64,000 nt of DNA from assembly GCA_963664225.1 (NCBI GenBank), contig OY760937.1:1024001-1088000 (forward strand), in the 5' to 3' direction. Of this stretch, positions 9,805-20,016 are shown one piece after another. Position 1 is the first letter of the stretch. Every line of letters starts with the position of its first letter. Both the position numbers and the translations under genes were made by a program. The notes below the pieces were generated by a model. It had not been told where the DNA came from, ran no database searches, and saw only the letters and a program-made list of their open reading frames with translations. Source of the stretch: Verrucomicrobiia bacterium (GTDB taxonomy: Bacteria > Verrucomicrobiota > Verrucomicrobiia > Limisphaerales > UBA1319).

Positions 9805-12800
9805 TCAACGCAGACGATAGAACTTCTGGGTGCCTTGAGAGGCCTTCGGCAAAACCACAGGATTGGTCGGCGAGGGCACATCGGTCCAGGTGCCCGGGAT
9901 CGTATCAGCCGATTGGAGGGTGCCTGCTCCGGTCCACGAGATGGAGACATCGGTGCCTTGTTTGGTGGCGGTCAATTTACCCGCAGGCTGCGAAGGTTTC
10001 GATCCCGTGATCTTGATGTTATCGAAGGCGCCCGTGATGCTGTCGCCTTCAGCGCGCGTATAAACGCCGACCGCGAATTGGATTCCCGAAGAGAACGGGA
10101 AGGCCACTTCAGCGCCAAGCACACCATCCAGATAGATCTTCACTGTCGATCCATCGGCGAGGAGCTTGATGTGATGCAGACCAAGGTCGTCAAACGTGCC
10201 GCCATTGAAGGCCGCGATATCCGTGCCGCCACCGTTGACGTTGTCTCCAGCCTGGCCGATGTACCGGTTATAGGTCCAGCCCAAGCCGCCTTCGGTCAAA
10301 TCGGAAAAGAACACGAAGTTCGTTCCGCTCGTAATCCACACGCTAGTGCGTAGACCAGTGGCTCCGCCTACGTTATCGGTCAGAGAAACGCGATCCACTT
10401 CATAGATGATCGGATCAATTACCGAGGCGATATAGGTGTTCGTGGTTGCGACGCTGATGCCGCCCCAATAATTGCTTGTGCAAGTGGCGGTGAATTCGAG
10501 TTGTCCGTTCACCACTGTGGCTGTCCCGTCCACCATGCCCGTCTCAAACGGAGCAATCCTGGTCGCCCATACATTGGTGTCCAGAACGGCTGAATCGAAG
10601 TTTTCTGTAAACAACGTTTCGGGCGTGGCCATCGATGTGACGGCAACGGTGGTCGAGGCGGTCAACCCGGCCGGATTGGCGATCGTCAGGGTGGTTGTAC
10701 CTTTGGCCACGCGAACGACTTCGAAGGTCTGGGCGTTCGGCGCGCCTGCGGCGAAGTTGAGGGTCAACGTGCCGGCAGTAGCTCCCACCGGAATGGCAAT
10801 CGCCGGGTTGGCGCTGGTGACTGTCACTTGAACCGCATTACTCTGATTGAGAATGCGTGGGATGGACACGGTCACCACAGGATTGGTTTGACCGGCCTCG
10901 AGCAGTACCGTCGTGGGTTGCGCCACGATGGCAGGCATGGCCCCGACAATCTTCACGTTGTCGAAGACGCCGACGATCGTGTCAGGGTAGGTGCGGGCAT
11001 ACGCGCCGAAGCCAAAACGAATTCCATTGGTCACGGCGAACGGAACTTCGACTCCGAAGACGTCGTCCAGATAGAATTTCACCGATGTGCCGTTGGCCAG
11101 CAATTTGGCGTGGTGGTTGCCGTGGTCGTTGAATTGCACCGCGTCAAACGGGGCGATGTTATTGCCGACGCGGAAATCACCGCCGGGCAGATTATACGTC
11201 CAGCCGCCTTCGTTCGGGTTTTCAGAAAACAGGACGAATTTCGCGCCTGTGAGGTCGGTGATCCAGAAACTGGTGCGGGTTGCCGCGCCTGTTTCGGCGT
11301 GCGAGACGCGATCCATCTCGAAGCTCACCGGAGCCGTTTGCGAGGCAGAGAACGCATCCACGGTATCCAGGGTCAATCCGCCCCACCAGATGTTGGCCGC
11401 GTCGCTCAAGGCGCCAGAGGTCACTGTGAATTTGACCGCGCCGTTGGCCAATACCACCGACGAATTGGTGGTTGTGCCGAGTGACTCAAGCGTGGTTGGG
11501 CCGCTACGCCACTTGGAGGAGTCAATGGTTGCGCCACTGAAATCGTCCGTGAACAGCGTCGGCAAAACCACCGTTGCGGTGACATTGACGCCGCTGGCCA
11601 CAGCGACTCCCTGGACATTGGTGATGTCGAGCGTGGTGGTGCCAGGCCCGGTCAGATCAATATTGAAGGTCTTGTTGGTGGGACCGCCTGCGGCAAAGTC
11701 CAGATTATAGACACCTGCTGTTGCGCCTTCCACCGTTGCCACTGCTGTGTTGCGGCTGGTTATTACAACGCGTGCCGGACTGCTTTCGACGAGCAAACGC
11801 GGAACGCTGACATTCACAACCAGGCCTGTTTGGCCCACATTCCCGGTTACGTCCGGAGGATTCACCGTAATTGGAGGAAGGACCGTCGAAATTTTGGCGT
11901 TGTCGTAAACGGCCGTGACTGTGTCATTCAGGGCGCGAGAGAAGGTTCCCAATTCGAAATAGATTCCAGTCTGCTGAGCAAACGCGTAGCGCCCACCCGA
12001 GATTCCGTCCACAAATACGTCCACGCCTTGACCATCGGCAACCACTTTGATGTGGTGATTACCCAGAGTGTTGAGCGAGGCATTCAGCGCCGGGATCAAG
12101 GTTCCGCCACCGGTGGGATTGCCGGGATTGACGTTGATCATCCAGCCACCTTCATCCGTATTATGAGATACCGAGACGAATTGAGACCGGTCAGCATTTG
12201 CAATTAAAATGCCTGTCCGCGCTGCTGTGCCTGATTCCACAACGGACACGCGATCCACTTCGCAGACGAGGTTGAGTTCCCTGGTCGCCACGAAGCTGTT
12301 TACCGTCTTGACCCTGGTTCCACCCCAATACTGCGCGATGTCCAGCGCGCCATTGACCACCAGGGTTCCGCCGGTCTGGTTCACCGTGAAGGTGCCGGAG
12401 CCTGTCTCAAATGCCGCGTTATCGACCTGCCACTTGGCGGTGTCGAGGGTTGCACCTGAAAAGTCATCCTGCATGAGCGTGCCGATGGGAGGCAGAACAA
12501 TCACATTAATAAGATTATTACCTATTGGGAATGATCCATCCCCAGTCAGGGTGATCTGGGCCGCACCCGAACCGATCGATTGAACGGCAAAGGTCTGGAC
12601 TGTCGGCCCGCCCGCTGCAAAGGTCATGGTCAGGGTTCCGGCAACTGCGCCAACAGGGGTGGCGATTGTCGGATCGCTGCTCACCAATTGCACCTGGACC
12701 GGCGTGGTGGCGTTGAGACCTGTCGGAATATGAACCGACAGATTCGTCGCGGTTTGATTCGGACTCAACGTGAGTGCGCCGGTCGTCAGATAGGCCACTT

Positions 12801-13509
12801 CGACCGCTTCAACGCTGAAATTATCATAGGCGTCATTGACTACATCGGGGGGGGTGCCTGTAGCCCGGCCATAGCTGCCGACCTGAAAGACAATTCCGTT
12901 CGAGAATGGGAAATCCACCTCGGCTCCGAATATGCCGTCCAGATAGAGTTTGACGGTTTTTCCATTGGCAATCGCCTTCATCTGGTGCTGGCCGCCGTCA
13001 TCAAATGCCGCGCCATCGAACGCGTTGATATTAACGCCACTGCCCAATGCAACATCGTCGCTTCGCCCGATCTTGCGGTTGTAACGCCATCCGCCCTCTT
13101 TATAAACCTCCGCGAACAAGACGTAATAGGTCCTTGTGGCATCGGTGATCCACAATGCGCTGCGGGATGCCGTGCCCGTGCTGTAGTCGTAGAGGCGATC
13201 CACGGTGCATACGAGGTTCGTTTCATTTGACGCTGTAAACGTGGGGATGGTTGCCAGGGCAGTCCCCGGCCAGTAATTGCCCGTCACAGTTCCGCCAAAT
13301 GTGAGTATTCCGCCGCCCTCGGTGGCAGTGATGTCACTCGAACCGCTTTCGAATGGGCGTCCATCGATCCTCCACTTGGCAGTATCGATGGAAGACCCAT
13401 CGAATGTATCACTGAATAGAACCTGCGATGCACTAGCTCGAATGCCGAAGATTCCCGCGGCTACGCCGAGGGCGGCCAAGCGACCGAACCAACGATTTGA
13501 TATAAACAT
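9805..13509 (-). CDS. Large secreted protein with four lectin/ConA-like beta-sandwich repeats alternating with Ig-like spacers
   Basis: Signal peptide; four repeats starting LFSDTFDG / LMQDDFSG / LFTDDFSG / LFTENFDS, each with YWGG-like and DN.KI-like motifs; ends QKFYRLR. Confidence 0.65.
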   Translation of the reverse strand: MFISNRWFGRLAALGVAAGIFGIRASASQVLFSDTFDGSSIDTAKWRIDGRPFESGSSDITATEGGGILTFGGTVTGNYWPGTALATIPTFTASNETNLVCTVDRLYDYSTGTASRSALWITDATRTYYVLFAEVYKEGGWRYNRKIGRSDDVALGSGVNINAFDGAAFDDGGQHQMKAIANGKTVKLYLDGIFGAEVDFPFSNGIVFQVGSYGRATGTPPDVVNDAYDNFSVEAVEVAYLTTGALTLSPNQTATNLSVHIPTGLNATTPVQVQLVSSDPTIATPVGAVAGTLTMTFAAGGPTVQTFAVQSIGSGAAQITLTGDGSFPIGNNLINVIVLPPIGTLMQDDFSGATLDTAKWQVDNAAFETGSGTFTVNQTGGTLVVNGALDIAQYWGGTRVKTVNSFVATRELNLVCEVDRVSVVESGTAARTGILIANADRSQFVSVSHNTDEGGWMINVNPGNPTGGGTLIPALNASLNTLGNHHIKVVADGQGVDVFVDGISGGRYAFAQQTGIYFELGTFSRALNDTVTAVYDNAKISTVLPPITVNPPDVTGNVGQTGLVVNVSVPRLLVESSPARVVITSRNTAVATVEGATAGVYNLDFAAGGPTNKTFNIDLTGPGTTTLDITNVQGVAVASGVNVTATVVLPTLFTDDFSGATIDSSKWRSGPTTLESLGTTTNSSVVLANGAVKFTVTSGALSDAANIWWGGLTLDTVDAFSASQTAPVSFEMDRVSHAETGAATRTSFWITDLTGAKFVLFSENPNEGGWTYNLPGGDFRVGNNIAPFDAVQFNDHGNHHAKLLANGTSVKFYLDDVFGVEVPFAVTNGIRFGFGAYARTYPDTIVGVFDNVKIVGAMPAIVAQPTTVLLEAGQTNPVVTVSIPRILNQSNAVQVTVTSANPAIAIPVGATAGTLTLNFAAGAPNAQTFEVVRVAKGTTTLTIANPAGLTASTTVAVTSMATPETLFTENFDSAVLDTNVWATRIAPFETGMVDGTATVVNGQLEFTATCTSNYWGGISVATTNTYIASVIDPIIYEVDRVSLTDNVGGATGLRTSVWITSGTNFVFFSDLTEGGLGWTYNRYIGQAGDNVNGGGTDIAAFNGGTFDDLGLHHIKLLADGSTVKIYLDGVLGAEVAFPFSSGIQFAVGVYTRAEGDSITGAFDNIKITGSKPSQPAGKLTATKQGTDVSISWTGAGTLQSADTIPGTWTDVPSPTNPVVLPKASQGTQKFYRLR

Positions 13510-13879
13510 GCGACTCCTAGGTTGATGTTTGCTGTTATTTCTGGGTTGTCACTGCCAAGACTAAGGCATGTGCCTTGATCGATCAAGTGTCTTTTTCGTC
13601 TGTTTTGCAATTTATTTGCCCTGCATTAACCTTGAAAACATATGCGTAACATATTAATATGTAGTATGTTATGGTCTTTCAAACAGGGTTGTTGCAATAT
13701 AGTGCTAATTTTTGCTGTTTTTATGCTAGTTTTCGTTGTCCAGGATGTTTTCCGGGTGGTCTGTGCTGGTTTGAACGGTGTTGGTTTTCCAAACGAGAAC
13801 GGGCTTGTGAGGGTTGCTTTGGCCTTGCGGCAGCGAATGACGGCCACTAGTTTACGACTGCATTGGTGAAAAATCGATC

Positions 13880-15238
13880 ATGCCGAAGGTTTTCTTAAAG
13901 ACATACGGTTGTCAGATGAATGAGCGCGACTCGGAAGCGGTCGCGGCTCAATTGGTGTCCCGTGGTTATGCGCTGACCGAGTCCGAGTCGGACGCGGATG
14001 TCGTGCTCTTAAATACTTGCAGCGTGAGGGACGCCGCGGAGTTAAAGGCGGTGGGGAAAATGAAATTCCTGGCGGCTGATTTCCGAAAGCAGAAGCGGAA
14101 GGTGGTCCTTGGATTCATGGGTTGCATGGCCCAGGCCCGAGGCCGGGGGCTTTTGGAGGAGATGCCGCAGGTAAATCTCGTCATCGGCACTCAGAAGTCT
14201 CATAAAATGGCGGATTATCTGGACGCGGCCCTGGCGGGCAAGGCTTTGCAAGTTTGCGATATCGCCGAGGAAGTCGGCAGCCAGTCCAAGGTGCATGAGC
14301 ATCTGAGTGTATTGCCCGGAGGTGAGGCGCCGGTTTCCGCCTTCGTGAGCATCATGCAGGGGTGCAACCAGTACTGCACTTTTTGTATTGTGCCGCAAAC
14401 GCGCGGCATGGAGCGCAGCCGGTCGATTGAGGAAATCGTGGCTGAGGCGCGTGCGCTGGTCGCGCAGGGAATACGGGAAATCACCTTGTTGGGTCAGATT
14501 GTCACCAGTTTCGGACGGCGTGAGATACCGGAAAAGGATGGCAAATCGGCCTTCGTGCAGTTGATAGAAGCGGTGCATGATATCGAGGGATTGGAGCGCA
14601 TCCGATTCACTGCGCCGCATCCCAAGGGCTTCGGCGAGGACTTGATCGAGGCGTATGGGAGATTGGCCAAGTTGTGTCCCAGCGCGCACATTCCCATTCA
14701 AAGCGGCAGTGACCGGATACTCAAGCTCATGCATCGGGGTTATACCGCGGAACGCTGCCTGGAAATCATTGCAAAATTGCGTCGCGTTCATCCCTCATTG
14801 GGTTTGACCACAGATATCATTGCGGGATTCCCCGGGGAAACCGAAGAGGATTTCGAGCAAACCCTTGCCTTGGTCAGAGCGGCGGAGTTCGACAACGCCT
14901 ATCTCTTCAAGTATTCCCCACGCCAGGGAACGCCTGCGGCGGAAATGCCCGGGCAAGTGTCCCAGGAGGATAAGGAATCGCGACACGCACGAATGTTGGA
15001 ATTAGTGAACGCCATTGCGGCGCGCCGTTACGAACAATTGGTCGGCACGGAGGTTCAGGTGCTGGTCGAGGGACCGAGCAAAAGGAATTCCGCACGATTG
15101 ACGGGACGCACGCGATGCAACAAGATTGTGGTCTTTGAAGGTTCGGACCGGCATCGGGGCCAAGTGCTGGACCTGAAGATAGACAGGGCGGGGGCATTCA
15201 CCCTTTATGGGGACCCGGCCTGGGTGAATTTGGAATAA
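13880..15238 (+). CDS. miaB: tRNA-2-methylthio-N6-dimethylallyladenosine synthase
   Basis: TYGCQMNERDSE, LNTCSVR, GCMAQ, radical SAM CNQYCTFC, C-terminal TRAM domain. Confidence 0.95.
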   Translation: MPKVFLKTYGCQMNERDSEAVAAQLVSRGYALTESESDADVVLLNTCSVRDAAELKAVGKMKFLAADFRKQKRKVVLGFMGCMAQARGRGLLEEMPQVNLVIGTQKSHKMADYLDAALAGKALQVCDIAEEVGSQSKVHEHLSVLPGGEAPVSAFVSIMQGCNQYCTFCIVPQTRGMERSRSIEEIVAEARALVAQGIREITLLGQIVTSFGRREIPEKDGKSAFVQLIEAVHDIEGLERIRFTAPHPKGFGEDLIEAYGRLAKLCPSAHIPIQSGSDRILKLMHRGYTAERCLEIIAKLRRVHPSLGLTTDIIAGFPGETEEDFEQTLALVRAAEFDNAYLFKYSPRQGTPAAEMPGQVSQEDKESRHARMLELVNAIAARRYEQLVGTEVQVLVEGPSKRNSARLTGRTRCNKIVVFEGSDRHRGQVLDLKIDRAGAFTLYGDPAWVNLE

Positions 15239-15258
15239 CCATTGTCCCATTGGGCTGA

Positions 15259-15798
15259 ATGAAATTATCGACGTTGGCGGTGATATTAGGCGTGGTGGTA
15301 TCCCTTGTGCAATTGATCGGATTGTCGCGTCCAGTCGCATTTGGCGCGGCGGCGCGCAAGTTTCCGCGCTCGCTGACCTGGGGTTACGCGCTGGTGGCTG
15401 CGGCCACCTTCTGGTTTTTATACAACCTGAGTTTGGAGTCGGTGGCGGATTTTGCCTCCTACAAGCCGATGATGTTTGGCGGATTTGCACTGGTGGGGGC
15501 GCTGGTCTGCATCTTCATCCCTGATTTTTTGGCGGTGCGCGGCCTGGCGCTGATTCTAATGCTGGTTGGAAAACTGATGCTGGACAGCGCGCGATGGAAT
15601 GTCTCCCCGTGGCGCGTGGTCATCGTAATCTGGGCTTACCTGATGATTTGTGTTGGGATGTGGTTTACGGTTTCCCCGTGGCGCTGCCGCGATCTCATCA
15701 ATTGGGGTACCGCCAACGAGCAACGCATAAGAATCACCAGTGGACTGCGACTGGCCTTCGGCCTGTTCATCATTGTGCTGGGATTGATCGCGTTTTAA
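15259..15798 (+). CDS. Multi-pass membrane protein of unknown function
   Basis: About six hydrophobic segments; directly downstream of miaB. Confidence 0.7.
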   Translation: MKLSTLAVILGVVVSLVQLIGLSRPVAFGAAARKFPRSLTWGYALVAAATFWFLYNLSLESVADFASYKPMMFGGFALVGALVCIFIPDFLAVRGLALILMLVGKLMLDSARWNVSPWRVVIVIWAYLMICVGMWFTVSPWRCRDLINWGTANEQRIRITSGLRLAFGLFIIVLGLIAF

Positions 15799-15841
15799 GC
15801 GTTGGGGCTCCCGGTTTCCAAAGCGGTTTTTCAACCGACTC

Positions 15842-16414
15842 TTAAACATCCATGGCCATGCTATCGAGCTGCACGGCGTAAAGGATGCGTTTCTCAGCTT
15901 CAAGATTCAGCAGCGCAGGCAGCCACATTTTGGAAAGTTCTGCATTTTGTGTTTCACCAAAACGTTGTTGCCAGGCGGCTTCAAAAACCCTGACCAGGCA
16001 TTGACGAATCAATACCCGGTTTTGACGCCGGAACTGCCGCAAAGTCGATTCTGTGGGATAAGTCCTCGCGCAAAGATAGCGGAAGGTGGAGTCCTTCTCA
16101 GTCTCTCCTTCGATTTGCTCGGAAGGGAGCGTTCCAGAGGCGTAAGCGTAGGTCAGAAGCGTCAGAAGAACCTGTGGCCGTGGCGCATCTGAATTGCCAA
16201 AGCCCAAGCCTTGCTTCCAATGTGCCGGCTCGACCGCTTGCTGTGCTTCCAACACCACGCAGGCCAGTGTCCGCTCGTCAATCCACGTTCGCAAATCTGC
16301 GGGCATCATCTGTTTGCCTTCGTCCTGGCTGTTGTTTGGTACTGGCATAAGTCGATCACTTTCGATTTCCTGTTTATCCACGTTCCAAAGGTCGCTTATG
16401 AAAGTGACAAACAT
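15842..16414 (-). CDS. Stand-alone DUF772 (IS1182/IS5 transposase N-terminal-like) domain protein without a DDE domain
   Basis: PQVLLTLLTYAYASG...SEQIE...DSTFRYLC...TLRQFRRQN. Confidence 0.65.
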   Translation of the reverse strand: MFVTFISDLWNVDKQEIESDRLMPVPNNSQDEGKQMMPADLRTWIDERTLACVVLEAQQAVEPAHWKQGLGFGNSDAPRPQVLLTLLTYAYASGTLPSEQIEGETEKDSTFRYLCARTYPTESTLRQFRRQNRVLIRQCLVRVFEAAWQQRFGETQNAELSKMWLPALLNLEAEKRILYAVQLDSMAMDV

Positions 16415-16557
16415 GTTACAATCATGAAAAAAGGGCGCGGTATTTCACGGTATATGTATAAACAATTGAATGCCAAATAATTACGTCAACATTAATTGTC
16501 GCCGATCGTAGTGGTGGAACCTGAAAAACGGGGGGTATCAGCCCGGAAGCGTCTGTC

Positions 16558-18567
16558 TCAGGACTTTTTTTTGATAGGTGCCGCGCTCAGGTTGCCTGAT
16601 TGCGCGAGCCATTGGAGGGCGTGGTTTCGGAGGCTCTGACGTTCCTTATCGTTAAGGCCGGCAGGATCGAATCGATATCGGTAATGGAGTGCAAGGATGG
16701 ATTCCAAGCTTTCAGTGACGGGCCGTGCTGGCGATTGAATACGGGAGAGCCAGATTGCCGCGGTTTCGCCGGGATCGCGTGAGGCATGCAGTTGTGCCAA
16801 ACGGCGTTCGATCTCGTAGAATTCGGAGTCCTGACCCGGGAATTCCTTTTTCAATGCATTGGCCACGGGCAACATTTTGTTTTTTGCCCGGCGACTGGCA
16901 AAGGCAATCCGCCAGGCGAGCACTGAAGCCAGAACACAGGCCAGACCGATGGAATACTCGCGCAAATAGGATTTGGAATAGCGCCACTTGTCGAATTCGA
17001 ATTTCAGCCGCGACCAAAAATCGGACCATTTTTGATACCACGGCGCCCGGCCAGCCTCGATGGCGTTCCATCCGGACGGGGTGGTGTCAAAGTCCTCCCA
17101 CAACTGTGTATCCTCATTCCAGACCATGCACCATGCATGGGCATGGCGATTCCGTATGATGCGGTGCCGGGCATCGGGGGCCTCGATGACGGCAAACCCG
17201 GTGGCGTAGCGGGTTGGTATGCGGGCCTGGCGCAGCAATAGAACAGTGGCCGTGGCGAAGTATTCACAATGGCCTGAACGTGTTTGGAGGAGGAATCTGG
17301 ACAGGGGCGTGATCTCCTGTCGGCGAAATTTATAACCGGGATTCTCGAGAAACGTGGTGTATTTGAATGTGCTTTGAAGAAAATCCTCGATCACGCGCAT
17401 GCATTGGATGCGGTTTCCGGGCGTCAGATTTAAATTGCTGGCGACCTGGCTGATGGCCTGGAATTCGGTTTCTGGAATACGGAGGTCTTCGATGGCAGGC
17501 GGGCCGTCGATGGATTTGCCGGGGCCATAGAGAACGCCATATTGAACGAACGCAGGGGATTGGCCCGCCCGGACGTCTCCGAAGAGGTTGGTTTCCAATT
17601 CCTGCGAGGGCATGTTTTCAATGCGAGCGGCGCCCGGTGGCATTGGCAGCACGCTTTTGTTGCGTGAGATGTTGCCGCTGATGGTGATGTGCGCGGGCGC
17701 GTGTTTATCCGGGACCAGAGTCCAGGTGTCATTGGTTTCAGCAGTGACCGAAGAGAAGGCATTATTGAAAGCGTACCAGGTATTGGCGCGGAAGGAGTTA
17801 TAACTGGTCTCATGCAAAAGCGCTGGGGCTGTGTTGAGCCCGCCTGTATCGAGCCGGTAGAGGATGTGGCTCGAGAGTTGGAGACGGCCAATGCGTCCCA
17901 TGGAGGTCTGGCTTTCCCGCACGTCGATGTCGCGCCTGGCCCAGCGGAAAATCCAATTGCTGAGTTGGTATTCCATGAGGGCCTGAAGGTCGCGCAAGCG
18001 GCTCTGGGTTTGGTAACCGGCAACGGCAACGACAGCCAGAAGGGGGATCCAGATCCAGATTGGAGCACGCTGCGGCCGAGTGGCCAGCAGTGCCCATAGC
18101 ATGAGAGCCGAAAACCCAAAGTAGAACCAGGCGTTCTGCGGGCTGACGGCGCTTGCGGCCAGGATGCAATTCGCCCAATAAAGGTAGGATATATCCAGAC
18201 CCCTGTCGTTCGCGTCAGTTGGGCGTCGCCGCAAAATCCACGAGAAGACCCGGTAAGGGAGTTTTTCACGGTCTCCGAGCCATTGCGCGGTAATCATGGG
18301 CAGGAAGATCAACGGCAGCCATTGCATGAAGGCGAAGGCGGACGTGGTGATTTCCCGCGAGGCGTAGAAATATATGAACAAGGCCGCGAATACGACCATG
18401 CAAAAATCCCAGACGTGGTAGTAATCCTTTTCGCTCAATTCCCACTGGGTGTCGATGAATCGCACGCCCTCCAGGAACACCGCAGCCAGCAATCCCAGCA
18501 CATAATGGCCGGTGAGTGCGCCCCAAAAGAGCAGTGCGGCTCCTATCAGCAGAGGAGGGGTTTTCAT
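16558..18567 (-). CDS. Membrane transglutaminase-like protein (TgpA/DUF3488 type)
   Basis: N-terminal TM helices; GHCEYFATA, HAHAWC, DTTP catalytic triad; the start MKTPP overlaps the upstream stop (ATGA). Confidence 0.85.
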   Translation of the reverse strand: MKTPPLLIGAALLFWGALTGHYVLGLLAAVFLEGVRFIDTQWELSEKDYYHVWDFCMVVFAALFIYFYASREITTSAFAFMQWLPLIFLPMITAQWLGDREKLPYRVFSWILRRRPTDANDRGLDISYLYWANCILAASAVSPQNAWFYFGFSALMLWALLATRPQRAPIWIWIPLLAVVAVAGYQTQSRLRDLQALMEYQLSNWIFRWARRDIDVRESQTSMGRIGRLQLSSHILYRLDTGGLNTAPALLHETSYNSFRANTWYAFNNAFSSVTAETNDTWTLVPDKHAPAHITISGNISRNKSVLPMPPGAARIENMPSQELETNLFGDVRAGQSPAFVQYGVLYGPGKSIDGPPAIEDLRIPETEFQAISQVASNLNLTPGNRIQCMRVIEDFLQSTFKYTTFLENPGYKFRRQEITPLSRFLLQTRSGHCEYFATATVLLLRQARIPTRYATGFAVIEAPDARHRIIRNRHAHAWCMVWNEDTQLWEDFDTTPSGWNAIEAGRAPWYQKWSDFWSRLKFEFDKWRYSKSYLREYSIGLACVLASVLAWRIAFASRRAKNKMLPVANALKKEFPGQDSEFYEIERRLAQLHASRDPGETAAIWLSRIQSPARPVTESLESILALHYRYRFDPAGLNDKERQSLRNHALQWLAQSGNLSAAPIKKKS

Positions 18568-20000
18568 AACGCGGCCAACCCCTGTTCGATCCGGGTCTTC
18601 TCCAGAACATGGAAGCACTCGGGACAGTCTTTTAGTGGTCCGGGTTCAAGCATTGCGCCGAGGCCATCCGCCACGACCACGAGAACCAGTAATGGAATGC
18701 CCATGGCGTGCAATTGCCGCACCAGATTCTGTCGGGCATCGTCCCACTGGATGAAAATGCAAATGCAGCCGCTGACCGCCCGGCTATGTTCCAGGACCAG
18801 TTGATGCAGGGCTTCAAACGGTTTTTCAGTGCATGGCGTGACCACAGCCAGAATTTCAAGCAGTTGGTCGATGTGCGCAACCCCCCGCCCGACGGTGAAG
18901 CAGTAGGCCTGCGGTCCGGCGAATAGCAGGTCCAGAAGCGAATCCTGTGTTTGAATGGTGCAGGCAAAAGAGGCGGCGACCGACACGGCTTCCTCGAAAA
19001 TCGCGCTATGCGCGTCACGACAGAAAGTGTCCAGGATCAGCGCGTGTCGCACGAAGAATTCATCCTGGAATTCTTTGACGATAGGCTTTCCGGATTTGGC
19101 CCAGCTTCTCCAGTGGATATGGCGCAAGGGATCGCCGGGACGGTAATCGCGCAGGGAGATGAATTCCTCGGATTCACCCACGGCGGCTGCCAACGCCACG
19201 CCGCCCGGTTGATAACGCATGGAGCCGGGCAGTGGCACTGCGGCGATTGGATAGCGTTTGGGCAGGATCAGCAATGACTGGGGCAGCGGACGTTCGGTCA
19301 GGCGTCGGAAGAGGCCGAAGATATCCGGACAGGCTATGGCCACACCCTGAAATTGCAGCATGCCCCGATGTTGCGGGATCAATTCGAGCATGGCCTCCGC
19401 ATGGCCGCGTCCAGGCACCGGCGGTAGCGGTTTCTCTGGAATATCAGCCTTTTGTTGGCAGGCAACCAGCCACTGCCATCGGTAATAGGCGTATTTGCGA
19501 TCGAACCAATTGCGGCGTTCCTCGCCCGGTTCAGGTGTGGTGATGAATTCGGCCAGGGTCGGACGTGGATCCCTCAGGCGTTCCAGGATGGCAAGATCGC
19601 GATAGGGGCGGCGTGAGTCGTTATGAACCACCACGCGATATTTCAATGGCGTGCCCACGGATGCGATGCGCGGCATGAACCGCTCCACACGCACCCGGGT
19701 GCGGATGAACAGGCAGGCCGTCAGCGCGGCGATGATCAGCCAGAGCAGGAAACTGAATGCTTGATAACCGACGGATAGATTGGTGTCCGCACGGGTGAGG
19801 GCAAACACAAAACCGATCAACACTAATATGCCGGTGCGCGTAATTCGCGGACGCAGCCAGTACTGCATGACCGATGCCAGGTGATAATTGTGATAAAGAT
19901 AGCGTTGAAACACGGTGTTCAGGTGGCAATGGTGGCGCTGTTTGAGCGCACAATCCACGATTGACGCCTTTGGACGACTCGCGCCGGGAACAATGGCCAC
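18564..20000 (-). CDS. DUF58 domain protein
   Basis: EFISLRDYRPGDPLRHIHWRSWAK, VKEF, FEEAVSVAAS; start codon uncertain. Confidence 0.85.
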   Translation of the reverse strand: MAIVPGASRPKASIVDCALKQRHHCHLNTVFQRYLYHNYHLASVMQYWLRPRITRTGILVLIGFVFALTRADTNLSVGYQAFSFLLWLIIAALTACLFIRTRVRVERFMPRIASVGTPLKYRVVVHNDSRRPYRDLAILERLRDPRPTLAEFITTPEPGEERRNWFDRKYAYYRWQWLVACQQKADIPEKPLPPVPGRGHAEAMLELIPQHRGMLQFQGVAIACPDIFGLFRRLTERPLPQSLLILPKRYPIAAVPLPGSMRYQPGGVALAAAVGESEEFISLRDYRPGDPLRHIHWRSWAKSGKPIVKEFQDEFFVRHALILDTFCRDAHSAIFEEAVSVAASFACTIQTQDSLLDLLFAGPQAYCFTVGRGVAHIDQLLEILAVVTPCTEKPFEALHQLVLEHSRAVSGCICIFIQWDDARQNLVRQLHAMGIPLLVLVVVADGLGAMLEPGPLKDCPECFHVLEKTRIEQGLAAL

Positions 20001-20016
20001 AAGCGCGGTTTCTTAC

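Noticed and set aside
15842..16414. Active IS1182 insertion sequence
   Set aside because: No DDE domain, terminal inverted repeats or target duplication seen
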